Source of the DNA: Nageia nagi
Lineage: Eukaryota > Plantae > Pinophyta
Length of the DNA: 64,000 nt
NCBI GenBank assembly: GCA_050084985.1
Contig: JBITNC010000002.1
Coordinates: 1,426,001 to 1,490,000 of the forward strand
Reading direction: 5' to 3'
In this document: positions 12,230-25,356 of the stretch, one piece after another
Layout: each line of letters begins with the position of its first letter
Position numbering within the stretch: position 1 is the stretch's first letter
The notes under the pieces: generated by a model
Seen by the model: the letters and a program-made list of their open reading frames with translations, nothing else
What the model was told of the DNA's origin: nothing
Database searches by the model: none
Translations under genes and position numbers: made by a program

Positions 12230-13752
12230 TCTATATATTATATGTTTCCCTTTTCTTATGTATTTCCTTGTAACTGATCTTTAAACATGATTTTTTCATT
12301 GAATACCACATCTTCAATCCTAATGATTTTGTTATTTTCATAAACCCAAAAATAATAACTATAATGATTAACTCCATATCTAATGAAAGTACATTTCTTG
12401 GATTTTGCATCAAGCTTCTTTCTACTTTCCTTATCAATATGCACAAAAACTTCACAACTGAAAGTCTTTAGAAAAGAATAGTTAATATGTTTACATATCC
12501 ATACCTCCTTTGGAATACCATCATCTAGGGAACTTGAAGGTCCTCTATGTATTAAGTAAATAGAATTATCCATAGCATGTGACCAAAATTGTAAGGGAAA
12601 TCTAGCATATAATCTCATACATTTTACACATTCCATGATTATTTTATGCATCCTTTCTGATACACCATTTTGTTATGGTGTTCTTATAATTATCTTCAAC
12701 CTATGAATCCCATGGTATGAATAGTAACTATCAAATTCTTTACTACAATATTATCCTCAATATAAGATCTAAGACACTTCACCTTATTTTATGTTTCATT
12801 TTCAACCAAAACTTTTCATTTATTGAATGTATCAAAAATATTAATTTTTTTAATACAGTAAATCCAAGTTTTTTTAGATGCATCATCAATAAAAGCAACA
12901 TAATAATGAGAGAAACCAAGAGATGATACTTAAGCTGGTACCCATATATTTTTATGCACAAGCTCTAACTTTCCCCTCTTCTTTTCTTTTCCAACTCTAA
13001 TAAAATTTACTATTTTCCATTATTTTATAAACACAATACTTACAGAAGTCTAAATGAATCTACTTCAAGCTAGGAAACAAATCCTTAAGAGAAGAATCTA
13101 CATTCCCTTCTCACCCATATGCCTAAGCCTATGATGCCATAAAGTTGTCTTTGTTCCTATAAAAGCTAAAGTAATTGAAGATTAATTATTTCCAATACAT
13201 AAATACAATGTATCTACCCTCTTTCATGTTGCTACTATCAAAGATCCTTTAGTAACCTTCAATGAAAATTTCATATATATATATTCTTCCAATTTCCCTA
13301 TTGAAATTATATTTCATAATTAGAAATATGTCTTACATCTTTCAACATTAATGGATTTCCATTTAGTAATTTTATTTGTATCTTATCCATTTTAATAATT
13401 TTCAATAGATGATCATACCCAAATAAACATGTCCATAATCACCTTGAACACAGTTTAAAAAATATTTTCTTTGGGGTGTGGCATGAAATGAAGCCACGAT
13501 GTCTATCACCCAATAATCAAAAATATTATATAATGAAAGAATTAAAGCATCTTGCAACACATCACCTATTACATTTATTTCTTGATCATTATTATTATTA
13601 TTAGTGTTGTTGTTGCTATTCGTTGTCATCCTTTTCCTTTTAAGACCAACAATATCTTTCCAAGTGTTTTTTCATTCCATAATGCCAACATTTTAATCTT
13701 CTTTTAGATTTATATTTATCTTTCTTTGATTTTGCATGACTTGTTGGACTCT

Positions 13753-14231
13753 TGAAGACTTTGAAGAACTCAAGACAACTTGAAGCATCTAAAATTGATC
13801 AAATCCAAGATTACTATTTTTGTCTTTTGCTCTCTGACTGCAAACTAATATGTTGCAGACCGGTTAGTCTAGTCCATAACAGAACAACTGGTTAGGACAC
13901 ATCATAATCGACCCATCAACTAGTAAACCAACCAACTGGCTAGTAATGTTTCTTGTGTAATATTTCTTTGCATTTTGGCATTTCATTTCATGTTTATTTT
14001 GTATTCCAGCTTGTAAGCTGAATGGTTAAGGTCACCTATGACTTCTTATGTGTTGTATGATGTATTAGCAAGGTTTGAAGTGTTTTAATTTATATATTGA
14101 ATTATCAATAAATATTTGGGTGTTTTTGGTTAAATTCCAATCCTCCATTATTAAGTGTGTGTTCATACTTTTGAGTTGCAGAGTTGAATTATAGAGCAAT
14201 TCATTTTAGCTAAAAGTGTTTAATAACTTCA
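13753..14231 (+). repeat. 5' LTR of the nested Copia
   Basis: Direct repeat of 18543-19022, roughly 85% identical by eye, with many transitions. Confidence 0.95.
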
Positions 14232-14284
14232 TTTAGGAAGAGCTAGGTTGGATCAATTTGGGTTCAAGAAGAAGAAGAGAAGAT

Positions 14285-17200
14285 ATGACAAGCAACTCAA
14301 ATTCAATCACCATTCCAAAATTTGAAGGAGGTGACTATGAGTATTGGAGTGTCCGAATGAAAACTCTCCTAAAGGGAAAAGGCTATTGGGATATTGTAGA
14401 AGCTAGCTACAGTGATCTTGCAAATTGGAGTGCCTTGAATGTAGATGCAAAGAAAGAAGCAAATGAGAATGAGGAAAAAACTCTATGGCTCTATCCTTCA
14501 TACAAGCAACTTTGGTCAAAAGCATCTTCCCCAAAATCTCAGCTTGTGTCTCAACCTAAGAAGCATGGGCAGTATTGAGAGAAGGATATCAAGGGAGCCT
14601 CAAAGTGAAAGAAGTAAAACTTAAAACACTGAGAATGGAGTTTGAGAATATGAAGCAAGAAGAGAAGGATACTGGTGGCGATTACTGTGTGAGAGTGAAA
14701 GTCATAATCAATGAAATAGCCACTCTTAGAGAGAAGATAGAGAAGAAGGTTATCATTAAGAAGGTTTTGAGAACCTTAACAAAAAAAATTGATCATGTTG
14801 CATGTATTATTGAAGAGACAAAGGATCTCTCTACCATGGAAATTGATAATTTAATTAGCTCTTTCACATCACATGAAGAGAGAATGTCAAAGAGAACAAG
14901 AGTAGGAACAAATAACAGTGATGAGCAAGAATTCTCCATCAAAGAAAATGAAGGACAAGGAAGAGGACAAGGTAGAGGTGCAAGAGGAAGAGGTAGATCC
15001 AGAAGAGAAGGAAGAAGAGGTTCTTTTGGAAGAGTAAGAGGAAGAGAGCAAAACTCAAAAAATGAACTAGCATCATCATCAAGGGAGAGACATTCCGGAA
15101 GAAGAGCCGGTAGAGGTAAAGATAAAAAAAATATGGAATGCTATTACTATAATAAATTTGGCCATCTTGAGTATGAATGCAGAATGAAGCAAGCACATTA
15201 AGGCAAAGTAGTAAATTATGGAGAGTAAGAGCATGGTTATGGTGAAGAGCAATTATTCCTATCAATGACAAATTTTCAAAAACTTAAAGTTGAGACTTGG
15301 CTATTAGATAGTGGGTGCTCAAATCACATTATAGATGAGAAATCTTTGCTCTCCTCAATTGACTTCTCTTATAAATTGAGTGTGAGATTAGGAGATGAGA
15401 AAAGATTGAAGATTGCTGGCAACGGAGAGATGCAAGTTTTGACAAAGAAGGGAACCATGAAGGTAAAGAACATCTACTACACTCTGTATTTAAAAAAATG
15501 TTTATTGAGTATTGGCCAAATGCTAGAAAAGAATTATAAATTGGTATTTGAAGATAAAATGTGTAAGATATATGATAAGAATCATGGTGAGAGACTTGTG
15601 ATTACTGTTCATATGATTGAAAATAAACTCTTTCTTGTAAAATTTCTTGAAAGATGGTGGCTATGTTTTTGTGGGGATTGAGGACAAGAGTAAACTTTGG
15701 CATATGAGACTTGATCACTTGAACTTTTAGAGTTTGAAAACTCTTTCAGAAATGGTGAGAGGGCTTCCACAAGTAGAAGAAAGTAAAGATGTGTGTGAAG
15801 GGTGTGCACTAGGAAAGCAAGCAAAGGGTAAGTTTTCGAAGAATGAAGCATGGAGAGTCAAACACCTTCTCTAATTGGTCCATATTGACATTTGTGGGCC
15901 TATGCAAACTCAAAGTTTTGGTAAATCTTCTTACTTTATCACTTTCATTAATGATTTCACAAGAATGAGTTGGGTTTATTTTATCTCAAGCAAAGATAAA
16001 GCATTTGATTATTTTAAGGAATTCAAATTGTTTTTTGAGAAGCAAAGTGGGCATAGTGTGAAGTGCTTGAGAAGTGATAAAGGAGGGGAGAACTGTAGCA
16101 ATGAATTTTTTCAGCTTTGCAAATAGAATGGCATTAGAAGACACCTTAACTCTCCCTACACCCCACAGCAAAATGGTGTAGCGGAAAGGAAAAATAAGAC
16201 TCTTGTTGAAATGGTAAGAAGCATGATGCAAAGTAAAAAATTACCCAACATTTATTAGGATGAATCAATAAGAATGGCAGTGTACATTTTGAACCGATCT
16301 CTTACAAGAAGCTTTGATAAAATTACCCCTTATGAAGCTTGGTTTGAAAGAAAATCAAATTTGGAACACTTGAGAGTGTTTGGGTGTCTTGCATATGTTC
16401 ACATTAATGATGAAAAGAAGAGGAAGTTGGATACAAAATCTAAGCCTTATGTGTTTATAGGATATTGTGAGCATTCAAAAGCTTACAAATTCTATAATTC
16501 CAAGAGCCACAAAATAATTGTATCAAGAGATGCAATTTTTGATGAAGGGGGAGAATATAGTAATAAAAAATTGTAGCAAAGTGGTCTTGAAGAAGAGAGT
16601 TTGGAGGAGCAAGAAATAGTAAAAGAGTAGCCCAACCATGTTGTGAGAAATAAAATTAAAGGACAACCACCAAGTATGAGTGCTCCAAGCTCACCAAGAT
16701 CATCTAGCTCCACTACGCCACCAAATTTGTAAGTGCACCAAGTTTACCCAATGCAAGATTGTTGAATCAAGGCAACAAAGGCAAGAGATGGTTGAAGAAT
16801 CATCTGGAAAGTCAAATTATAGATGGCAACACCATGAGGAGAATTACAAGAATCCAAACTCAAGAAATGCAAAATTTAGTTGCACAATTGGAGAACATTC
16901 AAATGTATGGAGATGAAGACAATGGAGAGCCCAAAGGTGAAATGGTAAACTATGCACTTTGTTCTATTTCAGATCTTGTTCCTATTTCAAATATTATTGT
17001 TATTGAACCATCTTGTTATGAAGAAGCTTGTTCTAATGGTGTTTAGATGCAAGCTATGGATGAGGAGTTTGATGCTATAAAGAGGAATGACACTTGGGAA
17101 CTTTGTGAGTTGCCCAAAGGCAAGAAAATGGTTGGTTCAAAATGGATGTACAAAACAAAATGCAAGGGTTATGAGAGTGTTAAAAGATACAAAGCAAGAC

Positions 17201-18540
17201 TAGTGGAAAAAAGATTCACTCAACAGTATGGAGTGGATTTTGAAAAGACATTTACACCGATTGCAAGGTAAGAAATAATTAGATTGGTACTTTCATTAGC
17301 TGCAAGCAAAAGTTGGATAATCCAACATATGGATGTGAAGAGTGCATTTTTAAATGGATACATAAATGAAGAGGTGTATGTAGCACAACCTCAAGGTTTT
17401 GAGGTTTTCGAAAAAGAACACCATGTATACAAGCTCAAAAAGGCTCTATATGGGTTGAAGCAAGCTCCAAGAGCTTGGTATACAAGAATTGATGGATACT
17501 TCAAAAGTGTGGGTTTTCAAAGAAGTGTAAGTGAACCTACCTTGTATTCCAAAAAAAATGGTACTGATATTTTGATTGTTTGCTTATATGTAGATGATTT
17601 GATATTCATGGGTAGCAGTAAAAAAATGAATGAAGCTTTCAAAACTCTTTTGATGGTTGAGTTTGAAATGAAAGATCTTGGTTTGATGAGCTACTTTCTT
17701 GGCTTGGAGGTGCATCAAACACAAGATGAAATCTTTGTGTCGCAATCCAAATATGAGAGAGACATGTTAAAAAGATTTAGTATGGAAAATTTTACACTTG
17801 TTGCAACACCTACAGCCCATGGAGAACACCTTTGCAAAGAAGATGGAGAACTAAAAGTGAATAAGAAACAATATAGAAGCATTGTTGGAAGTCTTATGTT
17901 TCTAACAAACACAAGACCAAATTTGCAATTTAGTGTATCTTTGGTTGTAAGATACATAAGTGATCCATCAATTGTACACCTCAAGGCAACAAAGAGAATA
18001 CTCAGATATGTGAAGGGAACAACAAACTATGGAATACATTATACATATAATTCTAAGCTCCAACTTATAGGTTTCAATGATAGTGATTAGGGCAGCAATT
18101 TGGATGATAGGAAGAGCACAAGTGGGAATTGCTTCTTTGTTGGATCAGGTTTGATATCATGGAGCTCCAGAAAATAATCTATTGTAGCACTTTCTAGTAC
18201 TAAAGCTGAATATGTAGCAATAACAAGTGCTTCCACACAAGCACTATAGTTGAGGAATGTGTTGAAGGAGATTAAACAGGAGTAAACACAAGAAATAACA
18301 ATTTTTTGTGACAACCAAAGTGCCATCAAGTTAGCACAAAACCCTATCCATCATTCCAGAATAAAGCATTTTGATTTGAAGACTTATTTCATCCAAGATT
18401 TGGTGGAGAAAGGGATAGTGAAATTAAGGTATTATCCAACACAAGATCAAGTGGTAGATATATTCACAAAATCGATGGCAAGATCTCAATTTGTGCTATT
18501 AAGAGACATGATTGTTGGTCCTCTTATCAGCAAGGGGGAG
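14285..18540 (+). pseudogene. Copia gag-pol pseudogene
   Basis: FEGGDYEYWSVRMKTLL; CYYYNKFGHLEYEC; WLLDSGCSNH; VHIDICGPM; MDVKSAFLNG; LYGLKQAPRAW; CLYVDDLI; many stops and frameshifts. Confidence 0.95.
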
Positions 18541-18542
18541 TA

Positions 18543-19022
18543 TGAAGACTTTGAAGAACTCAGAACAAGTTGAAGCATCTAAACTTGATCAAATTTGAGC
18601 TTACTATTTTTATCTTTTGCTCTCTATCTGCAAATCGGTACGTTGCAGATCGATTAGTCCAATCCATAACTGGCCAACCAGTTAAGACACACCATAATCG
18701 ACCCACTGACTAGTAAACTACCCAATCAGTTAGTAGTGTTTTTTGTGTAACATTTCTTTACATTTTTGGTATTTCATTTCATGTTCATTTTGTATTCCAA
18801 CTTGTAAGCTGAATGGTTAAGGTCGCCTATGACTTCTTATGTGTTGTATGATGTATTAGCACGGTTTGAAGTGTGTTAGTGTGTGAATTGCATTTTCAAT
18901 AAAGATTTGGGTGTTTTTGGTTAAATTCCAATTCTTCATTATTGAATGTGTGTTCATACTTTGAGTTGCATAGTTGAATTGTAGTGCCAATTCATTTTAG
19001 TTGAAAGTGTTTAATAACTTCA
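18543..19022 (+). repeat. 3' LTR of the nested Copia
   Basis: Preceded by PPT and followed by TSD ACTCT. Confidence 0.95.
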
Positions 19023-20119
19023 ACTCTTTCCTCTCTCCTTTCATCTTCCTCTATTCTCTATAGTTAAAGCATTATCTAATGTCTCACATGTGATTTTTCA
19101 TCACATTTTATCACTAAGAATAACATCAAAAATATCATCAAGCTTTAAAGTATTTGAACCAAAGATACAATTACTCATAGTTATGATTAACTTATTCTAA
19201 CTTTCTGGAAATGAGCATAAGATCAAAATAGCCCTAACCTCATTATTAAAATCTACTCCAATAGAGTTTAATTGATTAGTGATCATGTTAAACTCATTTA
19301 AATGATAAAAAATAAATACACCTTATGACATCTTCATATTAAATAAATCTATCATAGCAAATAACTTATTTGAAGCTAAGAGTTTTGGATACACTTAAGC
19401 CAAAGCACTTATTAAATATTTCATTATCTTTTCCTTAGAAATGTTGAAAGTCACCAACATTGCCAAGGAAAATTGTATTGTTCCTAATGCCTTTTTATCA
19501 AGAAGTTCCCATTCACTTGCCATACCCATCAAATTCTTTGTTATTTCGCTTAATGGTAGGTAAATATCCTTCTTATATAGATAGTCCTCCATTTGCATCT
19601 TTCATAGCTAGTAGTTTTGGTCATTAAACTTTTCAACCCTAAATTTATCTTCTTTTGTCATTTCTCCTACTCGAACTAGAAACCCTATTATAAAGCAACT
19701 TTAACAACCTTTCTTTGATACCAATTGTTAGGATTAATCAATTTTTAAATAAATCGAATATAGTGTATAAATTAAAAATGCAAAAGAAAATCAAACACAA
19801 TAGAGACGCATATTTAACATGGTTCATCCAATGTGAGCTACATCCATAGAAAAAATATTTAGTCCATCCTTTATTCCATCTAGAATAATAAAATCATATA
19901 ACTAACAACAAATCCGATGTCAAAATCTTTTCTCTTTATCTTATGCATCTCACACTCTAATTATATACATGTGCATTACCCAATTGTCATATTTATAATT
20001 TCCATTACAAATCCTCTTTTTAGAAAAAAAAAATGAGTTGCCTTTGAGGGTAAGAAGATAATAATTGAAATTGAAATTTCATATTAATGTTTGTGGGTGG
20101 CCAAAAATACTTAATGGGA

Positions 20120-20960
20120 TTTTAGAGAAGATACATATAATAAGAGCAAGGGAGTGCCTAGTACAACTCCTATGTGTGAGAGTGAAGTATACAAAAAAGA
20201 GAGTCAAATTACAACAGTTCTAAATTAGGTAGTAAGCCTATATATCTCAATCAAGAGGCTCCATCGATGTTTGAGGTCAGGATAAAGCTCTTGATATTAT
20301 AACCAAAGGAATTAACCCTAGTGGATTTAGCAATAATATATCATCAAGTGATCCTTCATGAATTTTTAGTGTTTATATGATGTTTCCAATTCATGTCTTT
20401 TTGTGATTGAATATATGATGTGGTAAGTTTGGGATCCAATATTAGGGCCTAGTGTATAATACCAAGGGTCCAAATGTGACTAAAATAAGATCCTCCAAAT
20501 TTAGAGAGAAAAAGAATCAAGCACCATAACCAACAAAGATCTGAGTCTTAATAGGCGATGTTGAAGACCACTTAACAAGTATGCATAGTCTTATCAAGAT
20601 AAAAAAATTGATCATCATCCCATGTGAAAGTTTCTCCTTTTTATAAGCAAGTCAGCCTCTAGAAAGTACACTTAGAATCCAACATCAACATCAAGCCCAT
20701 GCGCAATAAAATAAAGAAAATAACATGAGATTGCACTTAAGTTGGAATATGATAATAAAGTAAGATATAAAAATAAAATAAAATATATAATCAAATAAGT
20801 AATAAGCCAAGTAAATTTGGATGAAGGAATCAAAATTAAGTCAACAATTGACCTAGAGAAAATCTCTAAGTGATTTCTCTATTTTTTTGTAATTGGCTTA
20901 TGAGGGCACCTAGCATGAGTAGTAGTAGATGTAGGTTGATTTAAGAACTTTATAGAAAGC
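20120..20960 (-). mobile_element. 3' fragment of a LINE, interrupted by an LTR-like segment at about 20453-20846
   Basis: 20120-20370 aligns by eye with 30545-30790 (-) and 38955-39195 (+): ..CTAGGCACTCCCTTGCTCTT..TATGTA end. Confidence 0.6.
20453..20846 (-). mobile_element. Solo or partial LTR related to the Tat LTR at 53568-54009
   Basis: Shares AATAGGCGATGTTGAAGA..TTATCAAGATAAA..TTTATAAGCAAG and an AAAATTAAG(TG)TCAACA end; no clean TSD. Confidence 0.6.
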
Positions 20961-21099
20961 CTATAACTTCTTTAGCAAGAAGAGTTTCTTAGTGTGCCAA
21001 AAGAATAACTTTTTCTCCACTTTTGGAATAATAAACTCCTAAAGCTAGGACATGGAGCTTTAAAAATAAAATGGGATGCCCAAGAATTTGAGAATTTCA

Positions 21100-21790
21100 T
21101 TTGGTTCTATCCATCTCCATTGAATATGGTTTATCTAATAGGGAGTTGTAAAAAGAGATTTTTTATATCAAGAGGTATTTCTCCATTGAATGTTAGAGCC
21201 AAAGGCCTTTCAAAAGTTATCCAAACATTCCAATACCTATTTGAAGAAAGTTTCATCCTCTTATAATGTTAAGAATGAATAATTTATAAAATGACCATTG
21301 ACAATGTAACCTTGATTGCCGAGAAGGGAGACTCCTTTGACTAAACCTTGGAACATTTGATTAGCAAGCAAATAGTCAAAACCTTTTACTACCAAGACAT
21401 AAAGAAAGGGCACTAAAAGGTAACCTTAATGTATAGATTGAAAAAAAACATATCATCTCATATTGAGACTTATTGAAAGCCGGTATTCTTGAATCATCTT
21501 GAAATAACATTTGAATCAAATTTATGAAATTATCACCACTTAATGCCTTATACATGGCTAAGATGAAATTCCTTTCAATTTTGTTGTAAACTTTCTCAAA
21601 ATCGATTTTAATGAAATGTGCAAGTTGTTTGGTTAGCCTAGCCCACTCCATACCTTCCTAGACATCTAGAACATTATCCAGAATGAGTCGATTGCGATTA
21701 AGCGTATTTATTTCAATCTAACCAATAAAGGGAGCAAGGGTTGTAATCACTAAATCATTTAAAATAATCTTATAGTTTATATCTTAATTT
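21100..21790 (-). pseudogene. L1-type LINE reverse transcriptase fragment
   Basis: MEWARLTKQLAHFIKIDFEKVYNKIERNF resembles the L1 KLDFEKAYDRVEW motif. Confidence 0.75.
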
Positions 21791-21989
21791 ATATTATTTT
21801 CAATAATAAACATATATATATATATATATATTGCAAAAAAAATTATCAACTTTAAAATTTCTAATATCATTGAAAAAATTAAAATGAATTTAAGTATATA
21901 GTCTAAAAATATTATAGATAGTGATTTAATTTTTTTCAAAATAATATATAAATTTTAATTAAAATGTTATCTTTATATAACTAATAAAA

Positions 21990-22528
21990 AGGCAAATTAC
22001 AAAAATAGTCCTCACAATTTGCAAACTTACAAAAATAGCCTTCTCAATTTGTAAAATTACAAAAATGGGCCCATAGAATTTTTATTTACAAAAAATGGCC
22101 TTGAAACCAATACCCAAGATCATGAGTTTATTGGACACTTCTCACACTCTCTTTCCACAAGAAGAACATGTATGTCTTTTTTTATAGTGTTGCATTCAAC
22201 CTTACAACAAATCAAGCGTATCCACACTCTCATTTTCAAATGTAATCAGCCGACAAAAGATGATTTTTTGTACATCACCCTTCTCTAAATGTATATCAAA
22301 TGTAGCAACCTCATGGCTTATGATGTTTTCCATGAAATCATAAAAGGATATGCACATAATCGATTTCTAAAGAAACTTGTAAATCTTTTTAAGAAAATGT
22401 AAAACATAAATACAAAATTACAAATTTAAGAAGCTATATGAAATATATAATCATTTTTGTAAATAAAAAATTTAAAAGATCATTTTTATATTTTCATTAA
22501 TTGTGAACACCATTTTTATAATCTACCC
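21990..22528. mobile_element. Mutator-like (MULE) MITE downstream of the PUB gene
   Basis: Long imperfect TIRs built from TTACAAAAAT subrepeats (AGGCAAATTACAAAAATAG.. / ..CATTTTTATAATCTACCC); 9-bp TSD CTAATAAAA/TTAATAAAA. Confidence 0.8.
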
Positions 22529-23283
22529 TTAATAAAATAATATCTTAAAAATACCAAACTCGAATACAAAGTTGAAGCTAATAATTATATTTGTAACATT
22601 TACGTGAATAACAAATTGAATGTGCAATGCATTTTAAACCCAATTGAATCATGTTTCAAAATTAAACAATTTTAATATTTTTGAAGTTAGCATTTCATAT
22701 ACTTGCATCTTCATCAAGTAAGTTGCATTATCATTTTAAATTATGGAAACTCGTTAAGAAAATTGACAATTGACCTAAAAAGAACCATATAAAAAGAATT
22801 CATTTAGTAATTTGTAACACATTTCTCTCTCTTACATCTCACATGGGCATTTGAGGGGGAGAGAGAAATATTCTTTTCAAAACTTCTATTCACATAATCC
22901 AGTAGAAGGCAGACATCCACAACATCCTTGTTTAGAAACAACACATTCAAGTGGAAAGAGGAATCACAGCAGCCCAGTACGGTGGACAGTTGATACAGAC
23001 TCCCATGCCATCTCCTGCCCTGCCCTGCCCGGACCACCCTCTTTACCTGCCGCCCGGCCATCCACTTTGCCCGAATCTCTGCCGTCCCATTGCCTTTCCA
23101 CCCGACCACCCCGAAATGCGTTCTCCATCATTTCCCCACTTTCTAAAAGGCATTTAAAAAAAGTCTTCGCTGTACACACCGCCACTCTCTATCCCATCCA
23201 ATTAATCAATCCTTCCCCCTCTTAAAAAAACAATTAGCAGAATATAAAATTTTAGAAAACCATACTGCTAATGCCACCCAACA

Positions 23284-25356
23284 CTATCGTAATGGAGTGA
23301 TCGTATTCGCAGTTGTGGAGTTAATAATTGAGTGCAAAATGGCGGCCGGTGAATCCCTCCTCTGCAAGATTTTGAACAGAGATCTCGCCTTCCTCTTCGC
23401 ACGAGGCGTCCCCGTCGTTAGCAACGTGTAAATCGACGGCACCAACGACGAGATACCCACCACTTCGTTCACAATTTCGCTTCCGCCGTTACGGCACAGC
23501 GCCAGCAGAACAGCGATGGCGTTTTCCTTCCCCCTCGACGACGCAGCCGACCGCAGCAGTCGGACCAGCAGAGGAATCGCAGAAGTCTTCTGAATTTCCA
23601 ATAGCCCTTCCAACCGCCCTGCCAGAACGGCCAAAACGGCGAGCGCGTCGTCCGTCAGAGACGGCCTATCGTCCGTGAGAAGCTTTACCAGCAACGGGAC
23701 GGCGCCCGCCTCAACGGCCTTGGCGCCGTTGCGGCGGTAGATTGAGAGATTGAACAGCGCCGTCGCAGCGTCCCGTTTCCCCCGGGCGCTGCCCTTCCGC
23801 AGAAGCTCCACCAGCGCCGGAATCGCGTCCTCCTGGTCGCCGATTATGCGCTTGTAGTCGTCTATAACAGAGAGGCTGAAAAGCGTTGCGGCGGCGTTCT
23901 CGCGAGCCTCCATACTGCGACCCTCCTTCAGCACTTTGATGATCGAATCCAGGCACCCGCAGTCCACGATTTTTACCTTATTGGGCTCGTAAATGGACAG
24001 ATTCAACAGAGCCGTGACAGCATTTTCCTGCGACTTGGGGTCGTCGGATGAGAGGAGAGGCAAAAGCAACGGTATCGCCCCGGCCTCGGCTATGCACGCC
24101 CGGTTGTCCATACCGCACTTTGCCAACAATCTCAGCTCATATGCCACCTGCTTCTTAATCTCTGGAGAACCCGTGCTGAGCTTCTCCACCAGAAACGCCG
24201 CCGTCATCTTGGTCGCCTCCAGCGCTGCCTTTGTGCTGGCTATGCTTTCCAGCGTTGTGTTCCTCGTGCTTTTCTCCGGCTTATCGAACAGGACGTTTTG
24301 CCTCTGGCACCACCGCGAAATAAGCGAGCGGAGGGCGTTGTTGGGGATGAGATTCGTGTGCTCCAGCTTCTGCCCGCTCTTGGGGCACGTTGAATGACCC
24401 TCCTCGATCCACCGCGTGATCGACGCTCTGTCATACGTCTGCCCGGTGGCTACAATCACTGGGTCGCGCATCAAATCTAGCGAGATCGGGCACTTGAAAT
24501 CATCCGGAACATGTATATGAATACCGTTTTCCGAATCCATAGAACCGATAGAAGAAGCATCCGTTGGCTTGGACTTCTCAAACTCGTCGGGCTCCATCTC
24601 TGTAACGCCAAACAACACGCACTTGCAATAGCGCATGAACCCGATTAGGCTATTAATCATCGAAACCGCCCCTGGCCCCGCAGCCGATCCCTCGGAGTCG
24701 CTGTGCTTCCGTATTTCGTCCTCCAACAGCTGGATCTCTCGGCGGCAGCTTCGCGCGTCTTTAATATCCAAACTATCGAAAATCCGCCGTAATTTCCCAG
24801 CATCCGGCGTGACCTTCCGCTCGAACTCGTCCAACACCGCCAGCACCTCGTTCCGGAGCCTCTCCTCCCCCGGGTCGATGAATGGCGCCGCCCTTCTCGC
24901 CTGCCGGTGGAGGAGCTCCACCTGCTCTCTCACCTCATCCGTCACATCCATCAACTGCAGCGGAAATACATCGAGCGCCGTCGCCATGTCCTGCGTCAAC
25001 TGGTGGAATTGCGCCGATAACACCTCCGTCTGCATCAACAACCAGACCGAACCCGAGGACTCCCCAACGCACTCCTCGAGAAGAGACCTGGTTTTCTGAA
25101 GCGTGACGTGCATTTCTCTCAAGCACAAAAGCACAGAGGGCGTCAACGAAACCAAGCGGATATTATCTCTCATCTCCTCGAACAGCAACGACAGAACTTT
25201 AATTCTCCTGGTGATGGCATGAGCGTTTCGCCTTTGGCAGGCTCTGGGCCTCTGGCTCCCAAAGATCTCCTGCGTCAAATCCAGCAGACCCTTCAACAGA
25301 CACATTGAAGAAAAATCTCTCTTTTCCTCACAACCAAATGCCAATAGCTGAGCCAT
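23284..25356 (-). CDS. Plant U-box/ARM-repeat E3 ubiquitin ligase (UND-U-box-ARM; PUB16/17/MtPUB1-like group), single exon, 690 aa
   Basis: Intact GC-rich ORF; U-box [57 protein letters not shown]; ARM repeats ([50 protein letters not shown]); first ATG at 25356 in context CCATGG. Confidence 0.96.
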   Translation of the reverse strand: MAQLLAFGCEEKRDFSSMCLLKGLLDLTQEIFGSQRPRACQRRNAHAITRRIKVLSLLFEEMRDNIRLVSLTPSVLLCLREMHVTLQKTRSLLEECVGESSGSVWLLMQTEVLSAQFHQLTQDMATALDVFPLQLMDVTDEVREQVELLHRQARRAAPFIDPGEERLRNEVLAVLDEFERKVTPDAGKLRRIFDSLDIKDARSCRREIQLLEDEIRKHSDSEGSAAGPGAVSMINSLIGFMRYCKCVLFGVTEMEPDEFEKSKPTDASSIGSMDSENGIHIHVPDDFKCPISLDLMRDPVIVATGQTYDRASITRWIEEGHSTCPKSGQKLEHTNLIPNNALRSLISRWCQRQNVLFDKPEKSTRNTTLESIASTKAALEATKMTAAFLVEKLSTGSPEIKKQVAYELRLLAKCGMDNRACIAEAGAIPLLLPLLSSDDPKSQENAVTALLNLSIYEPNKVKIVDCGCLDSIIKVLKEGRSMEARENAAATLFSLSVIDDYKRIIGDQEDAIPALVELLRKGSARGKRDAATALFNLSIYRRNGAKAVEAGAVPLLVKLLTDDRPSLTDDALAVLAVLAGRLEGLLEIQKTSAIPLLVRLLRSAASSRGKENAIAVLLALCRNGGSEIVNEVVGISSLVPSIYTLLTTGTPRAKRKARSLFKILQRRDSPAAILHSIINSTTANTITPLR

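Larger units (their letters stand above)
13753..19022 (+). mobile_element. Full-length decayed Ty1/Copia element (Ivana/Ale-like)
   Basis: LTRs 13753-14231 and 18543-19022 (TGAAGAC..ACTTCA); perfect TSD ACTCT; PPT AGCAAGGGGGAG; domain order gag-PR-INT-RT-RH. Confidence 0.97.
12230..20009 (-). mobile_element. Decayed Ty1/Copia (Tork/Tnt1-like) element: 5' LTR, PBS, gag, PR, INT; split by the 13753-19022 insertion and cut by the Ogre element
   Basis: Gag MQMEDYLYKKDIYLPL (19395-19598), protease WVIDIVASFHATP (13402-13629), integrase RKKLDAKSKKCTFI (12256-12651); Met-type PBS at 19713-19723; LTR starts at 19726, far end approximate. Confidence 0.85.

Noticed and set aside
22804-23225. Short ORFs in the GC-rich patch downstream of PUB
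   Set aside because: Low-complexity translations with no motif; more likely 3' UTR or flank
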